This document shows positions 1 through 8,465 of a stretch of DNA of 64,000 nucleotides, one piece after another; the stretch's first letter is position 1, and each line of letters opens with the position of its first letter. Origin of the DNA: Candidatus Sulfomarinibacteraceae bacterium (GTDB lineage: Bacteria; Acidobacteriota; Thermoanaerobaculia; Thermoanaerobaculales; Sulfomarinibacteraceae); contig CAWCLO010000001.1 of NCBI GenBank assembly GCA_963796455.1, positions 800,001-864,000 of the forward strand. The letters are read 5' to 3'. The notes beneath the pieces are model-generated. The model did no database searches, was not told where the DNA came from, and worked only from the letters and a program-made list of their open reading frames with translations. A program made the position numbers and the translations under genes.

Positions 1-482
1 GTCGGGCAACCTCGTGAAACCAGTCTTGATCAACATAGTTTCGGCCCGAAAGCTCGAAGGGGCCCGAGTAGCATGGCTGTTCTCCTCGGTCGTCGATCAA
101 CCCGAGGTCGACGAAAGCCCCCACCTCCAGCGAACGATTGAGGTTGGAAATCATCCGCATGAGGGTTTTTTCGTCACACAGATCGGAATATGGGCGTTCG
201 TGAACCAGAAAAGTCAGGGCCGATCGTCTTTCGGACAAAAAAGAGCTCGAGCGATCTTTTGGTGTTGAGGGTCAGACGTGCCATAGGCTGCACCGCTTCG
301 GCCTGCAGCGCGTCGCGGTACTGTACATAATTCATGAATGTCGTGATGAAGAGCGGAACGAGAGCCACCGTGGCCGTCGCAGCAACGACCAATCGTCGGA
401 GTGTCCGATATGCCCTTTTTGGCACCCGTCCTTCCAACTCGGCGCGTTCTGCCGTGGCCTTGTCGGCAGGGCGGGCGCTCAT
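1..482 (-). pseudogene. Sensor histidine kinase N-terminus (TM helix + Cache-like domain), frameshifted and running off the window
   Basis: ATG at 482 follows an AAGGAG SD, then a TM helix (LVVAATATVALVPLFITTF). Removing one base from the A6 run at 237-242 restores an open frame to position 1 (LFLSERRSAL...FVDLGLIDDRG...YSGPFELSGRNYVDQDWFHEV). It lies directly downstream of a response regulator. Could be a sequencing error. Confidence 0.65.
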
Positions 483-490
483 GGACTCCT

Positions 491-1716
491 TCAATCTCCA
501 GCTCGACCCGTGCGGGATTCTTCAAGCCGACGGTAGGCCGCTTTCATAGTTTCTGTGAGCTCCTCGATATCGACAGGTTTCTGGAGGTAAGCAAAGGCGC
601 CGAGCTCTTTCGCCAGTCTTTTTTCTTTGTCAGATCCGTGCCCAGTGAGGATAATCACTTCGGTCAATGGATGAGTTCGCTTGACTCGGCGTAAAACTTC
701 CAATCCATCAATACCCGGCATCTTCAGATCGAGAACCATGACCTCGGGTTCATCGCTCTCAATCATCGCCAGCGCCTGTTCACCGTCGTAGGCGATCCAG
801 GTGTCATGCGCCGGGTCTGAAGGCGTTCGGAAAGGGCGTTGACGAATTCGTTCTCGTCATCGACAAGCAATATCTTGGACGGCACGTCGATGTCGATGTC
901 GAATGAGATACCGGGTTCACGATACTGAGGTCCCGGTCGCGCGGTGGCCGATCGGACACCTGGCACTGTGCTTGCCGTTTCGGTGAGTTCCCGTTCGTAA
1001 CGCTCAAGAAATATTGAATGCTTTTTGATGAGAATCGTGATTCTGCCGTCACTGCAGATGACGTCAACGTCAGCGCCTGCCTCTGCCAGGGTTACCCCGA
1101 CTGCAGCGGCCAATCGGAAATCCTGCATCGCTTGCTCGACCGATGGGGTGACCACGACAGCGGGTAGCAAGGCATGGTTGGAGACCATCTCCACTGCATC
1201 GTCCACGGACATTTCCTGCATGGCGAGGAATATGTCGTACAAGTCCCGATCCCACGGACTGCGGTCGAAGAGCACACCGGTCCACTCCGCCCTTTGCTCA
1301 TCGTCCGCTCTGATCTGGCGTTGGGCTTCGCGGTTTGAGAATCCTTCGGACATCGCCTGCCTTTTCCGGGACTCGGGGGTGCCGGCGAGACAGACCTTCA
1401 GCACATGGGTCAGGGAGGGTGGCAAGAGATGCCCTGCCCGTCCCAGGTAAACTCGAGATTCGGCACCGAAAGTTTCGGCTGCCGCAGCCCGTAGGTGTGC
1501 GATAAGGCGGACCTGATCTTTGCGAAAACCATCGAGCAGTGAGCGAGGCCCATACATCAATTTTTTGAAACGGCTGGATTCGATACCCGACCGCTCCGCA
1601 GCAAGGTCAAACAGTTCTTCGTCGCTCAGCTTTCCTGCGCCGAGGCGCTCTTGTACCCCGTCAGCGACCTCTCGACCTCGGCAGAAGACACCGGCGTCAA
1701 TTGCAACTAATGCCAT
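491..1716 (-). pseudogene. Cytidylate-kinase-like domain + receiver (REC) fusion response regulator, split by a frameshift near 798
   Basis: ORF 763-1716 ends in the REC start (KILLVDDENEFVNALSERLQTR). ORF 491-766 carries the rest (VMVLDLKMPGIDG...IILTGHG...YLQKP). The alternative frame reads IAYDGEQALAMIES, so a one-base indel joins them. Confidence 0.75.
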
Positions 1717-2002
1717 GCCGTACGCTCCCTCCGGTTCTACGGGCTCGCCCTGAGCATTCCGCTCCGTTGCATAAGGTTTTACCCCGCGGCAACCTCCAGA
1801 GTCTAGCACCGAAATGAGACAACTCACGCCTGCTCGTGTGGCCTATTCAAGACTTTCTTGGCGCGAAGCCGAAGAGTTCTTGCCTCGAGATGAAAGCGAA
1901 TACTCATTGCAGAAAAAGGGCAAGCTGATTCGGGAAACGACGAACTCAGAAACAGCAACATCGAAGTGCAGACGGAGAAGCATACTGGCTGGGTCACGGG
2001 TT

Positions 2003-2075
2003 CGTTGATCGTCGAAACCAGTGGGCCGGAGGCCACCGCCGGATCAATACCGACGGTGCCGAGGATCATCGGCAT
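2003..2075 (-). pseudogene. Remnant resembling the C-terminal part of an MgtE magnesium transporter
   Basis: Translates MPMILGTVGIDPAVASGPLVSTIN, matching the MgtE DPAxxSGP motif. No remainder of the gene is present. Confidence 0.55.
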
Positions 2076-2116
2076 CGCTGTGCAAGGCCGGCTAGCCTCA
2101 CCAAGTTTGATTTCAA

Positions 2117-2191
2117 TGGAGCCAACGGTCGGATTTGAACCGACGACCTGCTCATTACGAGTGAGCTGCTCTACCCCTGAGCTACGTTGGC
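2117..2191 (-). tRNA. tRNA-Thr(CGU)
   Basis: GCCAACG/CGTTGGC acceptor stem, GCTC/GAGC D-stem, GCTCA-CT CGT AA-TGAGC anticodon arm, GTCGG-TTCAAAT-CCGAC T-arm, encoded CCA. Upstream tgcTAGAGT -10-like box. Confidence 0.97.
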
Positions 2192-2237
2192 GCGGAGGGA
2201 ACTCTAGCATCGGTCAGCACGAGTGGCAATACCAATG

Positions 2238-2362
2238 GAAAGGGGGAGAGGGAGAAAGGGGGAAAGGGAGAAGGAGATACCGATCAATCCACCCGCCAGC
2301 CGCAGAGCGATATCACCCTTTCTTCCCTGCTCCCTTTCTCCCTTTCTCCCTTTCTCACTCTT
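2238..2362. repeat. Inverted 8-mer microsatellite palindrome (GAAAGGGA)n...(TCCCTTTC)n
   Basis: A purine-rich arm at ~2238-2277 faces a complementary pyrimidine-rich arm at ~2318-2360. Confidence 0.75.
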
Positions 2363-2387
2363 CGGAACACGCAGCCTCCAGTCACTA

Positions 2388-3521
2388 TCAGTGGTTCACG
2401 GCGGGAGAACGGAGCGTGATGCGATAAATCTCCGAGGGAGCAAACAGCCTCATCGGCGGTCCCCACTGGCCGGCCCCGCGGCAGACGACCTGCGTCATGT
2501 TGCCAACCCGGCGGACTCCCGACAGATGGGGAAAGACGCGCTGCACCAGATAGTGAGCGGGCCAGATTTGAGCCCCGTGGGTATGGCCGTCAAGCATCAA
2601 CCCGACCCCGGCTGCGGCAATTGCCTGCTCGTTGCCCGGTGCATGCTGGAGGTAGATCACCGCGGCATCAGGCTCCACCTGCGACATGGCTCGTTCGAAG
2701 AGCTGAAGTGGGCCTTCAGCCCCCCAACCTCGTGCGCCATCGGGAATCCCCGCCACCCACAGACCGGGGTTGATCTCTGCAGCCGACCCGTCAAGGACGT
2801 GAAACCCGGCACGCCGCATGAAGCCGATGGATCCCTCGGCGCCGGCATAGATGTCGTGATTGCCGAGGATGGAATAGACACCCAGAGGGGCCGTCAACCG
2901 GCCCATCAGAGGGACCAGCGGCTCCACCGACTCGGCATCGGAATCGATCAGATCTCCGGTGATGACCACCACATCCGGTCGCATGCCCTCGATCCGGGAA
3001 ATGACCGATGCCAATCGCCGAAACCCGATGAGGGACCCGAGATGAAGATCGGAGAGCTGGACGACCACCAACCCATCGGCCGCAGCAGGCAGATTCGCCA
3101 TCTCGACCTCGATATCGACCGTTCTGGGTGCAACCACACCACCGAGCCATGCCAATCCGGCCAGGACCAGGGCCACCGCCAACGCGCCGAAGCGGAGAGG
3201 GATCACCCACGCCTTCAGGACCAGGCCGAAGAGGGTCACGGTATCGATCACGGCCAACGCCGGGACCAAAAGCATCAGGGACCCCATCCAAACGGCGCCG
3301 AGATACTCAAGCAACCAACCGAGGGTGGTCCAACCGTTGTGCCCCAGGATGCGCCCTGCCGGATAAAGCACGAACCCCAGAGCAAGAACAAGCAGCAATA
3401 TCCGGTGTCCACTGTTGCCGTGGATCAAGGGCCACAACCGCCACCCAACGTAGAGGTGGAAGAGCAGCCAGACGGTCAGCACAAAGGAGAAAAAGCTCAC
3501 GATTTGCAGTGATCGACCCAT
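2388..3521 (-). CDS. Membrane-anchored metallophosphoesterase (YkuE/YaeI-like)
   Basis: N-terminal TM helices followed by SDLH, TGDLID, LGNHD and GHTHG motifs. Confidence 0.9.
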   Translation of the reverse strand: MGRSLQIVSFFSFVLTVWLLFHLYVGWRLWPLIHGNSGHRILLLVLALGFVLYPAGRILGHNGWTTLGWLLEYLGAVWMGSLMLLVPALAVIDTVTLFGLVLKAWVIPLRFGALAVALVLAGLAWLGGVVAPRTVDIEVEMANLPAAADGLVVVQLSDLHLGSLIGFRRLASVISRIEGMRPDVVVITGDLIDSDAESVEPLVPLMGRLTAPLGVYSILGNHDIYAGAEGSIGFMRRAGFHVLDGSAAEINPGLWVAGIPDGARGWGAEGPLQLFERAMSQVEPDAAVIYLQHAPGNEQAIAAAGVGLMLDGHTHGAQIWPAHYLVQRVFPHLSGVRRVGNMTQVVCRGAGQWGPPMRLFAPSEIYRITLRSPAVNH

Positions 3522-3597
3522 CGCCTCTTGCAACCAGGGGGGGTCTTCGAAATATTGCCGGTCGGCCCCAGAGTGCGGCCCCTCGGGGGCCGGACTC

Positions 3598-4209
3598 TCA
3601 GTTGCACCACCCGTGCTCCTCGGCGTGGAGGGCGGTGACGACGCGATAGGCGGGGAAATAGGTCATCTGGTAGCTCTGACTGTGATGGATCGCCGGAAAA
3701 CCCGTCTTTGCCATTTTCGTGCGCAGCCGGCCGAGCCCGTCCGCCTTGTCGACTTCGCCGATTGATTGCAGCCAGGTCTCCGTGATCTCCAGAGCCTGCT
3801 CCATTTCGGCCGGTGTCCCGTGAACCTCGTCGGCAGAAGCGACAAATGCCGCCAGCAAGGCCGCGAGATCATGGCCGCGGGCGACGAAGGGCCGAAGGTT
3901 GACGCGAACGATCTTCGGTTCCCCACCCATGGCCAGGCACGGGCGTTCCCCCACCATCTGCGGACCGAGCCCGCTCACCTCCTCCATGAGGTATTGCTCG
4001 GCGGCCTCCGGATCGGGAATCGCGTGACCGGGACCGAAGATGGCCTGATAGAGACCCTTGTAGATATCCTCCGCCTGACTGGCCGGGTGCGATCCGAAAT
4101 TGAAGGCCAGGGCCTGGAGGGCGGAGGTCACCCCGGTGTCCTGAGCCGATACCAGCGAGCAGCTCAACATCAGCAGACCGAAAACGACCGAGCGGGTCCG
4201 ATGGTTCAC
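3598..4209 (-). CDS. Exported hypothetical protein
   Basis: Signal peptide; 4-nt overlap with the upstream HD gene; conserved-looking DIYK..YQ..FGPGH and HHS..Y...Y.PAYRV segments. Confidence 0.75.
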   Translation of the reverse strand: MNHRTRSVVFGLLMLSCSLVSAQDTGVTSALQALAFNFGSHPASQAEDIYKGLYQAIFGPGHAIPDPEAAEQYLMEEVSGLGPQMVGERPCLAMGGEPKIVRVNLRPFVARGHDLAALLAAFVASADEVHGTPAEMEQALEITETWLQSIGEVDKADGLGRLRTKMAKTGFPAIHHSQSYQMTYFPAYRVVTALHAEEHGWCN

Positions 4210-4757
4210 AATTCGAGACGCTCGACGAAGGGTTCGTAGGTCATGAAGTCCGCGTGGTGCACGAGCCAGGCCTCGGTCGTGCGCGCAACCATATTGCCCT
4301 CACCGGCGTGGGTGGCAATGATGTGGCAGACCGCATCGGGCAGCCCACACTCCATCGCCACCGAGACTCCAGTGAAAGGATGGCGGAGGTATTTTCCGCG
4401 CGCACTCGCACGGCTGCCGCCTTCGCCATCGTCCTCGTACTCGAGGAGCTTGCCAACATCTGCCAGGATGGCTCCGGAAATCACCACATCCAGATCCACC
4501 GGCAGCGCCTCATCAAAGAACTTGTCCACCGTGAGGGCGGCGTCTCGCGCGACGTGAACCACCGCTCTCTTGTGGGCCATAAAGGTCACCGGACAGTTCG
4601 GGACCTTGAGGGTGAAGGGAATGCGCTCGAGATCCGCCGGCTCGAGCGGCGATTTTTCGAAGGCCAGAACCCAACAATCGGCAGTCTTTTCGCGCAGGGT
4701 TTCGTCGCCGATCCATTCGAGTTCGGGCCAGATTCGTTTGACTTCGTCTCGCAGCAT
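4206..4757 (-). CDS. HD-domain phosphohydrolase-like protein
   Basis: GAILADVGKLLEY, YLRHPFTG, HIIATH, VHHAD. The HD dyad reads AD. GGAGG SD. Confidence 0.85.
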   Translation of the reverse strand: MLRDEVKRIWPELEWIGDETLREKTADCWVLAFEKSPLEPADLERIPFTLKVPNCPVTFMAHKRAVVHVARDAALTVDKFFDEALPVDLDVVISGAILADVGKLLEYEDDGEGGSRASARGKYLRHPFTGVSVAMECGLPDAVCHIIATHAGEGNMVARTTEAWLVHHADFMTYEPFVERLEL

Positions 4758-4784
4758 GGCAGCCTCCGCCGCGAGAATACCCTG

Positions 4785-4822
4785 GGAGTTCGGAATTCGG
4801 AATTCGGAATTCGGAATTTTTT
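4785..4822. repeat. 7-mer tandem repeat (TTCGGAA)n
   Basis: gagttcggaattcggaattcggaattcggaatt. Confidence 0.85.
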
Positions 4823-4894
4823 TGAGTCACCCTTCTTCGATTCCAAACTTTGATCGAGAAAGTGGATGCAGACGACGAGGAATCAGGTCGTTGT

Positions 4895-4927
4895 ATCTGC
4901 GCTCATCTGCGTGATCTGCGGTTTCTC
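4895..4927. repeat. 33-bp dispersed ATCTGCG-triplet repeat, copy 1 (others at 51711-51743 and, inverted, 53491-53523)
   Basis: atctgcgctcatctgcgtgatctgcggtttctc. Confidence 0.8.
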
Positions 4928-4958
4928 CGCGTCGCGAATTTTGCATCCAATCGAAGGT

Positions 4959-6218
4959 TCACTCCACCAAAGCGTAGGTGTCCGAAAAGGGAAGATCCTT
5001 GCCACAGGGGCGTTGCACGGCACCCCCGGTTTTTTCGATCAACTGCAGCAACCAGGATTGCTGGAGCGAACGCCACCCGAGTTCGTCCCACCCGGATCGC
5101 GGTGCCGCGATGCAGAACAACACCTGCTCCCGCTCCTTCGAGGTATAAAAACCGCCGAGAACCGCAACCCCGCCATCGGTGGTGGTCAGAGTGCCCGTCT
5201 TGACGACCACGCTCCCCTGGCGCTTGGAAACCGCCAACTTCGGAAACTTCCGATCCGTCGATCCGGGATCACAGCCGATCACCGGCAGCAGTTCAGACGG
5301 CGCCAAGCCCATCCCGGCGACCGTCTCGAGGAAGGCCCTCAGGAGACGAACCCCGTTTCGAGCCGTGAGACGGTTTCTCCCCTCACCCGAGGCGGAGCTC
5401 AGTTCGATCAAAGCGGTCGGCTGACCGAGGCGTTCTTCAAGAAAGTCTTCCAGATCCGCGACACCGCCGAGGCCCTCGGCAATTCGAATGATGTCGTTGT
5501 TGGAATAGACATTGAATCGTCTGAGAAGCACATGGAGAGGATTGGACAGGTGGGTCACGACCGGTTCCCACTCAGCCGGAGCGCCCGGCCGAACGGATCC
5601 GACGATATCGATTTTTGGTGGTTTAAAGGGATCCCAACCCCGCCGCTCACATACCGCTGTCCACGCCGCGATGGTGGTGTTATCCCAACGCCGGGGATCG
5701 AGGGCCATCCGCAGCCGCCTGCCCATCAACTCGACCCGGTCGCGTGGGTCGGAAACCGCCTTGGCGACTCCGTTTTCCCAACCCATCCAGAAATCACCAT
5801 CGATGCGGATCCAACCCTCGACTCTCGTGAGACCGAGATCATTGAGACGGCGGGCCACCAGAAAGAGATTCTCGGCCTGGAAATCGGGGTCACCAAGGCC
5901 CTGTACTACCAGCGACCCAACGAGGCGTCCGGTCTCTTTTTCCCAATCTCCTGCGATCCCGAAGACGGTGCGGTATCGATATTCCTTGCCGAGACTTTCA
6001 AGGGCCCACAACGAGGTTCCAACCTTGACCAGGGATGCCGGATTGAAGGGAATATCCGCCGCTCGGCTGTCAATCACCTCGCCGCCCAAAGTTTCGGCAT
6101 GAAAACGCAGTCGATCACGATCAGCAGCCGAGACGACTCCGGCGAACGCCAGGACAAGCACCACCAGGCCTTGAATCGACCGTGACACGGCCCGGGAGCC
6201 CTTGACGTCACTCGTCAT
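4959..6218 (-). CDS. dacB: D-alanyl-D-alanine carboxypeptidase/endopeptidase (peptidase S13, PBP4-like)
   Basis: Signal peptide, PASLVK (SxxK), GLGDP, SNN (SxN) and KTGT motifs. Start chosen at ATG 6218. Confidence 0.85.
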   Translation of the reverse strand: MTSDVKGSRAVSRSIQGLVVLVLAFAGVVSAADRDRLRFHAETLGGEVIDSRAADIPFNPASLVKVGTSLWALESLGKEYRYRTVFGIAGDWEKETGRLVGSLVVQGLGDPDFQAENLFLVARRLNDLGLTRVEGWIRIDGDFWMGWENGVAKAVSDPRDRVELMGRRLRMALDPRRWDNTTIAAWTAVCERRGWDPFKPPKIDIVGSVRPGAPAEWEPVVTHLSNPLHVLLRRFNVYSNNDIIRIAEGLGGVADLEDFLEERLGQPTALIELSSASGEGRNRLTARNGVRLLRAFLETVAGMGLAPSELLPVIGCDPGSTDRKFPKLAVSKRQGSVVVKTGTLTTTDGGVAVLGGFYTSKEREQVLFCIAAPRSGWDELGWRSLQQSWLLQLIEKTGGAVQRPCGKDLPFSDTYALVE

Positions 6219-7623
6219 AAAGCAGGCGATCGGCGAGAGCCGACCGCAACAGATGATCACCATCGAGCCGGCCCTTGATCTCGGCAAATCGTTCGAGTTG
6301 GCCGTCGCGGAAGGTGTCCCGGTACATCCGAGCGGGCAGGGCGGCGTCTTTGGCGGGGTAGAAACGACCTCCGGCGGCGACCACCGGTCCCGCCATTTCG
6401 CGGACCATGGCCCACAGTTTTTCCCTACCTCCGGCAGGAACCGGGAAATCCATCGCGAGCGAGAATCCGTCGACCGCGTGGCTGAGCAAGAAATCATCGG
6501 GCCGGTGCCGTTTGAGAACCACGAGGAAGGAGGGCATGCCGCACTCGTGGCATACCTCGAGCTGGTTGCGAAAGACGTCCAGGGCCTTGTCCTTGGGAAC
6601 AAAACTCTGGTGTTGGATGAGACCGCCCGGTTTGTAAACGAGCTTCCAGTCGGGGACGTAATCAAGAAGGAATGAGAACCCGGCGAGTGATTGCCGATAG
6701 GTCGAGTTGTTGCCGATGGTGTTGCCGGCAAAATTCTTCGCAGAATTGATCAACTGCATGCCGGGGCGGTTGGTGAAGGGTTTGAGGAAGCGCCACATCA
6801 TGGACTTCGGCACCACCCCGAACATTTTTGACGGAAGATCCTGCCCTGCCGTGCTGAGGCTGGTGGCGGGATCGGGATCCTCATCGGCCCGAATGTGACG
6901 TGCAAAGTGGAGCAGGCCGCGACCGAGTTTCGAGCCTTTGGCAAAGGCGTCGATCCACCCGACCACGTACTCCCATTCATCTTTGGCCTCGTCCGTCAAT
7001 CGAAGCATGGCTTCCAGATCGGGCGCCGCCACCGCCTTGACCTCGACCAGCCCCGAGTGGACCTTTTTCAATTGCAGACGAGCACGAGTGATGATCCCCA
7101 ACTGTCCAAAGGAGCCCAGCACCGCGTGAAAAAGCTCGTTGTCGCTGCCGGGCGAGATGGTCACGGCCTCGCCGTTCGGCATGACCAGATCGAATTCGAG
7201 GCAGTGTTCACCGATGGTGCCGCGTTGCCAGTTGTTTTTGCCGTGGACATTCATCGCCAGGGCGCCACCGATGGTGGGCTCCATGGTTCCGGTGACCACC
7301 GGCGGCCACCAGCCGTCTGCGATGGTCATCCGCCACAACGCGCGCAGGCTGACCCCCGGTTCGACATCCACGATGCCGGTCTCGGGTTCCCAATCGAGAA
7401 CCCTGCCCAATTGCGAACAATCAAGCACCACCGATTCTGCGCGGAGGGCCGCGTCGCCATAGGAACAACCGGAGCCCCGCAGCACGACCGAAGTGCCGGA
7501 TGTTCGAGCGGCCTCGAGCGCCTCGGCCACCCCGGCCGCATCCTGCGGTCGGTAAACATAGCCGGCTGCTCCGACAGCCATGCCCCATCCTTCGACCCAT
7601 TCGACACGTTCTGCGCTCAACAT
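6208..7623 (-). CDS. FAD-binding oxidoreductase, DprE1-like
   Basis: RGSGCSYGDAA, PVVTGT, TIGGALAMNVHGKN, SFLVVLK, GFSLAMDF, GGRFYPAKD. Adjacent to a DprE2-like SDR. Confidence 0.85.
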   Translation of the reverse strand: MLSAERVEWVEGWGMAVGAAGYVYRPQDAAGVAEALEAARTSGTSVVLRGSGCSYGDAALRAESVVLDCSQLGRVLDWEPETGIVDVEPGVSLRALWRMTIADGWWPPVVTGTMEPTIGGALAMNVHGKNNWQRGTIGEHCLEFDLVMPNGEAVTISPGSDNELFHAVLGSFGQLGIITRARLQLKKVHSGLVEVKAVAAPDLEAMLRLTDEAKDEWEYVVGWIDAFAKGSKLGRGLLHFARHIRADEDPDPATSLSTAGQDLPSKMFGVVPKSMMWRFLKPFTNRPGMQLINSAKNFAGNTIGNNSTYRQSLAGFSFLLDYVPDWKLVYKPGGLIQHQSFVPKDKALDVFRNQLEVCHECGMPSFLVVLKRHRPDDFLLSHAVDGFSLAMDFPVPAGGREKLWAMVREMAGPVVAAGGRFYPAKDAALPARMYRDTFRDGQLERFAEIKGRLDGDHLLRSALADRLLYDE

Positions 7624-7625
7624 CT

Positions 7626-8381
7626 TCAAATCCCCAACCGGGTGAAGATGAACGAAGGAATCGATCGGATAATGGTCATCACCACCCGCCAGCGGGCCGG
7701 AACATAGGCCGTCACCACACCTCGTCGCGCCTTTGTCAGGATGATCTCGGCGGCGCGATCGGCCGAAATCAGCCAGAAAAGGCCTTCCTTGCCCCGGGTC
7801 ATGGGGGTGTCGACAAACCCGGGTTTGATCGTCACCACCCGGACTCCCAACCGCGTGACCCGATTCCGGAGCGCCTCCAAATAGGCGTGGAATCCGGCTT
7901 TTGACGCGCAGTAGACCGGGTTGGGCGCCCGTCCGCGATCTCCAGCCACCGAGCCGATCCCGACGACCGTTCCCTGGCCGAGGCGCGCAAAACGATCGGC
8001 GGCTGGGTTGAGCCATGCAACAGCGCCCAAGAAATTGACGTCAATCATCTGTTGATCTTTGTTTGTATCGAACTCATCCGGCGCCACCTCCGGCATCGCG
8101 CCGGCAGCGTAGATCACCAGATCGAGACCGCCGATCGCGCGCGCGATTTCCTGAAAAAGCTCCGGGATCTCTTGCCTTGAAATGACATCGTGGGTGATCG
8201 CCACCGCGCGATCCTCACCGGCGGCAGAGTTGATGTCATCCATGATGGTGCGCAGCTCGTTTTCCCGGCGCGCCACCATCGCCACGCGAGTGCCACCAAC
8301 TGCGAGCCGGCGCGCCAGCGCCTCGCCAATCCCCGACGAAGCTCCCACCACCAGGGCATGTTGGAATCCGAACTCAGCCAC
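7626..8381 (-). CDS. Short-chain dehydrogenase, DprE2-like
   Basis: GASSGIG, SVAGDRGR, YCASK, KPGFVDTPMT. GGAGG SD. Confidence 0.85.
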   Translation of the reverse strand: MAEFGFQHALVVGASSGIGEALARRLAVGGTRVAMVARRENELRTIMDDINSAAGEDRAVAITHDVISRQEIPELFQEIARAIGGLDLVIYAAGAMPEVAPDEFDTNKDQQMIDVNFLGAVAWLNPAADRFARLGQGTVVGIGSVAGDRGRAPNPVYCASKAGFHAYLEALRNRVTRLGVRVVTIKPGFVDTPMTRGKEGLFWLISADRAAEIILTKARRGVVTAYVPARWRVVMTIIRSIPSFIFTRLGI

Positions 8382-8465
8382 ACGCTCCTCCTTGGGCCAT
8401 CATCATGACGCCTCTAGGATTATCCCACGACCCGAAATCGGCGTTGATCCGGTGATCTGACCAGA

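Noticed and set aside
1824..2210. 128-aa ORF as a real gene
   Set aside because: It overlaps the tRNA; only the short MgtE-like stretch looks protein-derived.
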